Assembly (NCBI GenBank): GCA_965208675.1
Contig: OZ242351.1
Span: forward strand, 2,656,001 to 2,720,000
DNA: 64,000 bases
Source of the DNA: Candidatus Poribacteria bacterium
Lineage (GTDB): Bacteria; Poribacteria; WGA-4E; PCPOR2b
Direction: 5' to 3'
Shown here: one piece after another, positions 60,192-64,000 of the stretch
Layout of the letters: the number at the start of each line of letters is the position of its first letter
Numbering within the stretch: the stretch's first letter is position 1
Position numbers and translations under genes: made by a program
The notes under the pieces: model-generated
Told to the model about the DNA's origin: nothing
The model's input: the letters and a program-made list of their open reading frames with translations, nothing else
Databases searched by the model: none

Positions 60192-60650
60192 TTACTCTCC
60201 GCCGGGTGGTAACGTCCAACCGTTTTTCGTGGCAAGCTCGGCGAGAGCAATCCTGAGTAAGCGAAATGCGTATTTCTGCTTGTTAGTTGTTCCAAAGAAT
60301 TCAGGAGTAACAGCAATTTTCGAATGGGCAGGATTATCGGAAGTAGGGTCATAGATAACATCTACGGCGTGGACAATCTCCTTGTCTTCGGTTTTTGTTT
60401 CCACCTCTCCTAATGCACGAACATCACCAGCTATCAGGCTAATAATGCCATCAGTATCATGTAACCGAGAAAGAGAGGGATTAACTCTAAAAATTGCCCT
60501 GTCTACAGATGGTGTTCGATTCCTATCACTAAAAGCCTTAGGGAGAATTCTTAGTTTTCCATCATTGAGAATGTACTCTTTGTCTTCTAATTTTCCGCGT
60601 ACGCTGCGATAGAGTTCTTCACTGTCTCGCACGTAGTCGTTTTTATCCAT
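60192..60650 (-). CDS. hypothetical protein with an ADP-ribosyltransferase/RES-like motif pattern
   Basis: Probable start MDKND at 60650, overlapping the upstream stop; LYR...AF...SVDR...DP...NPAHS.I. Confidence 0.6.
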   Translation of the reverse strand: MDKNDYVRDSEELYRSVRGKLEDKEYILNDGKLRILPKAFSDRNRTPSVDRAIFRVNPSLSRLHDTDGIISLIAGDVRALGEVETKTEDKEIVHAVDVIYDPTSDNPAHSKIAVTPEFFGTTNKQKYAFRLLRIALAELATKNGWTLPPGGE

Positions 60651-61326
60651 AAAGCAACCAATTCCAAACTCTGAGATAGTCCTTACCATGAAGCGTGTCG
60701 ACATGCATTTCGGTCTCAATATTCAGGCCCCACACCTGAATATACACCACCGTTTTTCCCTCGATTTGAAAATGCAGTTGCCGCTCTTCTCCGTACCATT
60801 CTACAGATATATTTCCGTCTTCATCGCTGGAAATTAACGGTGTGATCCACGAATGTCCTTCAGTAACGACGGTATGAAGAAATTCTTCCATGAGGTGCTT
60901 CGCGTGATTAAAACTTAATTCGTTTGGCTTCTTGGATTCATACCCATCCCAATTGTATTCTCGTTGGGAAATACCTTCAAATTGCTTTAATATCTTGCGT
61001 CTGTCGAAGTCTAAGGTGGTATACCTGTCAATGCTTGCTATGCCTAAATCTGTAGTTGGAGTTTCCGCTCTCCGAGCAGGTGGGGGCCAATAATTGCTAG
61101 TATTCCATTGGACTATAACATCAAATTGCTCCAATAGCTCGCGTCTTTGAATGCCATCTTCCCCACTGATGTCTTCTCGAGTGATTCCAAATCCACTCCC
61201 ATACTTTAGTCTGACCGATGTCCCTTTGTCCTTTTCAACATGTTTGGGATTCATGTCAACTTCCAAGCGCAATGGATAGTATGTGATGTTTTGGTCGTTG
61301 GTAGCTACGTTGCCTGCGGCGGGCAT
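60643..61326 (-). CDS. hypothetical protein with an NWDGY...P...G.I.VEW domain
   Basis: YNWDGYESKKP...WITPLISSDEDGNISVEWY; overlaps both neighbours. Confidence 0.7.
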   Translation of the reverse strand: MPAAGNVATNDQNITYYPLRLEVDMNPKHVEKDKGTSVRLKYGSGFGITREDISGEDGIQRRELLEQFDVIVQWNTSNYWPPPARRAETPTTDLGIASIDRYTTLDFDRRKILKQFEGISQREYNWDGYESKKPNELSFNHAKHLMEEFLHTVVTEGHSWITPLISSDEDGNISVEWYGEERQLHFQIEGKTVVYIQVWGLNIETEMHVDTLHGKDYLRVWNWLLYG

Positions 61327-62111
61327 GACTTTCTCCCCCAGAACTGTTCTTGTATTTTCTCACTTATTAGGTTGGAGAAAAGTTCGAGAATTTCCCCGTG
61401 AGTGGAATTAAACCAATCTCGCATCGGTCTATACGGTTGGCTGCTATGTGCAGTGAATTCAATACGAAGAAGCAGGCGGTTGTCGAAAACTCGCCGAGCG
61501 GTTCGAATTGAAAATTGCAGTTGTCCACGATCATTCGGGAGCCCCAACACCATCTGCCAGTCAATCTCTCTTACATCGCTCGAAAGTATATTCTTGCCAA
61601 TTGGCGGGGAAAAATTCGGAAATACTTCTTCCAAATTATTAAGCGTCTCCCAACCTTCATTTTCTAGAATGTGGTCGATATATGTTATCTCATAGCGTGC
61701 GGGTACGAGATCTCCCAATTTTTCCTCGGCGAGAAACTCCTGGAATCGAGACAGATAATTTTCGAAATTTTCTATGACTGTTGCATAGCCCGGATATTCA
61801 TCATTGGGTCTTCTTCTGCGCCAATTATGCAAAAAACGATTAAACTGCACTTGAATGATTTCGTTTTCGTCTTTGTGTACAAACCAAACCCTTGGCGGCG
61901 GCAGTTTAGTACGATCATTCAAGTCCTGTTCCGATATTGGAGCAAGCGGGTTTTGATCTTCAAGTCCAGAAAATTCGGGCCTGAATTTTTCCCAAAGTAT
62001 GCCGAAATGTCCCGTTTGAAACCCCTTTATTGAATCGAAAAGGATACCGCAGACAATCTCATTTATGGGCGGGTTCTGATATTTTATGGTTTGCTGTCCT
62101 GCCGTGACCAT
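61305..62111 (-). CDS. TIGR04255-family protein
   Basis: YQNPPINEIVCGILF, RVWF...IQVQFNRFLHNWR...YPGY, EITYID, HxxILELF..LIS..IQ..W. Confidence 0.75.
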   Translation of the reverse strand: MVTAGQQTIKYQNPPINEIVCGILFDSIKGFQTGHFGILWEKFRPEFSGLEDQNPLAPISEQDLNDRTKLPPPRVWFVHKDENEIIQVQFNRFLHNWRRRRPNDEYPGYATVIENFENYLSRFQEFLAEEKLGDLVPARYEITYIDHILENEGWETLNNLEEVFPNFSPPIGKNILSSDVREIDWQMVLGLPNDRGQLQFSIRTARRVFDNRLLLRIEFTAHSSQPYRPMRDWFNSTHGEILELFSNLISEKIQEQFWGRKSCPPQAT

Positions 62112-62374
62112 TGCGTGCTCACTTTGCCATTAATTTTACAAATCGGCTTTCAACCCTACGGCTTTCTAGACTGGCTGATATATTCTATCAGAGCAGTTGG
62201 CTAAGAACAACACCGCTTGCTCGTATCATTATACTTAAACGTTCGAATGCGCATCAAGGTTTGCTAACGCCATAATTTCGAACAGATGAAAGGAGGTTGG
62301 GCTGAGCGTTAATCAGCATCTTCATCGGCTACTTTTAGATTCGATTTGTACTGTTCAACTTAACCTATTTCACT

Positions 62375-63019
62375 CTAAAATCGAAGCGTCAATAGCGTAC
62401 CTAATCCGCTGCGTGACGCAACAGGATCCAAGCCAAGTGTGGCTCGGTCGCCGTCAAGTTGAAACAGGTGTCCGAAAGATTCAACTTGATTCTGCTGGTT
62501 TATTTTATTGGCAGACATCGGCGCGTCAATCAGCGACCATATTGCCCCGCCAAACAAGAGCAGATATCCAGGAACACTCATCCAGTCATCTTCATCGACG
62601 TCTAGGTTACCATCTGGTCGGTCCTCGTTATCCCCGCTAGCGCTCAGTGTAAATCCCAAACCGACTACAGCGGCGCCGAGTTGGATTGTGCCCTTTACGT
62701 ATTGGCCGTTGTAAAATTGTCCGGCTCCAATCATGGGAAACGAAAGACCGAGCGCTACCATGGGATTTTTCTTTTTCCCGATAGCGCGCATTCTCATCAC
62801 GGTCTCCTTGGAGATTTTATCTATCTCTTTCATCTTGTATCGGAATTCTTTGCCGTCAAATCTCACAATCTTCAGCGATTTTCCCGCGACCTGCTCGATG
62901 ACCGTTCCACGAACGATGCCTCCATTTTTCAAATAAACAACATCTTCCATCTCCTTTGCAAGCCCCTGAGTCGTTGCGAGAAATGCCACGGCGGCTGCAA
63001 TTAATATGAATCGGAACAT
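62375..63019 (-). CDS. exported/membrane hypothetical protein (TM2/DUF5683-like segment)
   Basis: Signal peptide; DVVYLKNGGIVRG; KKNP.VALGLS...GAGQFYNGQ..KG; WSLIDA. Confidence 0.7.
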   Translation of the reverse strand: MFRFILIAAAVAFLATTQGLAKEMEDVVYLKNGGIVRGTVIEQVAGKSLKIVRFDGKEFRYKMKEIDKISKETVMRMRAIGKKKNPMVALGLSFPMIGAGQFYNGQYVKGTIQLGAAVVGLGFTLSASGDNEDRPDGNLDVDEDDWMSVPGYLLLFGGAIWSLIDAPMSANKINQQNQVESFGHLFQLDGDRATLGLDPVASRSGLGTLLTLRF

Positions 63020-63235
63020 ATTCTCCTCCTGAAGTCTTTATATTCGGACACGCTCTTAGGTTAGGGCTGCAATCCTACCAATGGCTGCCAATTGCCATTG
63101 AACAGAGCAATTTTATCACGGTTAACTGGATGCGTCAATACGCGATTTTTGGACATTGCGTGGACCGTGGGTTCAACTCAACCTACAGGTACTCATGTCC
63201 TCTTACCATCGATAACCGTGTTTATTCCAAGCTCT

Positions 63236-63530
63236 TGTAGGTTGGGTATAGCGATCAACTGAGCGAATAGTGAAGGCGATAGTCTTCAGTAAAGATACCT
63301 CCGGCATTTCAATCAATTCCGTGTTCAGTGCTCCGCCCCGATTTGCCAATATACCCGTCGTTTTTTCTTGTTCTTATCGTCCCGGTGCTGGCGTCTGACA
63401 ATCGACAATTCAGAGGTTTCAATAGCGTTGGGTTCGCTACGGACAGGGTGCCAATGACGTTGTTCGGTATTCGGAACGAAAATTCTCCATAGGTAATGAA
63501 TTGGGCAAAGTCCGCTTAACCCAACCTACA
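63236..63530. repeat. REP doublet with a 75-nt right-arm loop insert and a longer, degenerate left arm
   Basis: TGTAGGTTGGGTATAGCG ... CGTTGGGTTCGC-[75]-CGCTTAACCCAACCTACA. Confidence 0.8.
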
Positions 63531-63663
63531 AAAATTACCTCTCTAGGCAATCGGTTTTTGGGCGAGTGATTTGAATTGAAGTCGGCAGGACGTTTTGATA
63601 GAATGACGCGGATTATCCTCTATTTTCGAACCGCCAAGTGTATAGTAAAGACCAGATACGCCG

Positions 63664-64000
63664 ATGTCTATGAACGCCAAAAACCTGCCCGACGCGGTAA
63701 ACAATCAATCACTGTTTTCGGATTACTACCTCGACGCCCTCATCGTTGACCAGCCGCAGTGGAGGAATACACCGGACATCGAATCGGATTACGCCGCGAT
63801 CAAAGATCGCTACGACGCAGTCGCTCCGAATGCAGAACACCTCAACGAATCACAAACTGAACATGCGCTCATCCAACCGCTGCTCGAACAGTTAGGACAC
63901 GTTTTTGAGGTGCAGCCCGCACTCCAAACATCGCAGGGATCCAAAATACCGGATTACGCATTCTTCGAGTCGACTGACACACTCAATGCGGCAAAACCTC
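63664..64000 (+). CDS. probable type IIG (Eco57I-like) restriction-modification enzyme, N-terminal part (partial)
   Basis: Manual translation MSMNAKNLPDAVNNQSLFSDYYL...NESQTEHALIQPLLEQLGHVFEVQ...KIPDYAFF fits an E..PD nuclease start; open at the window end. Confidence 0.6.
   Translation, partial: MSMNAKNLPDAVNNQSLFSDYYLDALIVDQPQWRNTPDIESDYAAIKDRYDAVAPNAEHLNESQTEHALIQPLLEQLGHVFEVQPALQTSQGSKIPDYAFFESTDTLNAAKP

Overview
64 kb of bacterial chromosome at moderate GC. The style of its secreted proteins (NYPNPFNPETWIPY-type FlgD/Ig C-terminal domain, 'KLAxxWxxLK' tails, LamG, Kelch, WD40, PQQ propellers, ECF-WD40 fusion) and its intergenic repeats suggest Candidatus Poribacteria or a relative. That assignment is inference, not a database result. 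In order, the window holds: (1) a Zur-controlled zinc-starvation operon (TroA/ZnuA lipoprotein, two CobW GTPases, small Cys-rich proteins, a secreted His-rich HAF-repeat protein, a WD40 protein) divergent from zur, with Zur boxes; (2) nine tandem LivJ/LivK-type substrate-binding lipoproteins with no permease or ATPase, one cleanly split by an IS5-family element, plus a tenth copy at 41 kb; (3) an ECF sigma-WD40 fusion, oxidoreductases and secreted propellers; (4) a CoA ligase/flavin halogenase pair, a PorV-like barrel and a kinase/N-glycosidase-like fusion; (5) tRNA-Val, tRNA-Asp and serS, followed by a rhodanese whose catalytic codon is an in-frame TGA (probable selenoprotein); (6) a double-length uvrA, rpsT, mtaB, cytochrome P460-like and NapG/MauM-like genes; (7) an AT-rich, overlapping three-gene cassette (TIGR04255-like, NWDG protein, ART-like protein) near the start of a type IIG R-M-like gene, a candidate undescribed defence/TA system. 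GTAG-type REP doublets recur throughout, and their palindrome loops carry a 73-nt insert that has diverged almost without indels.
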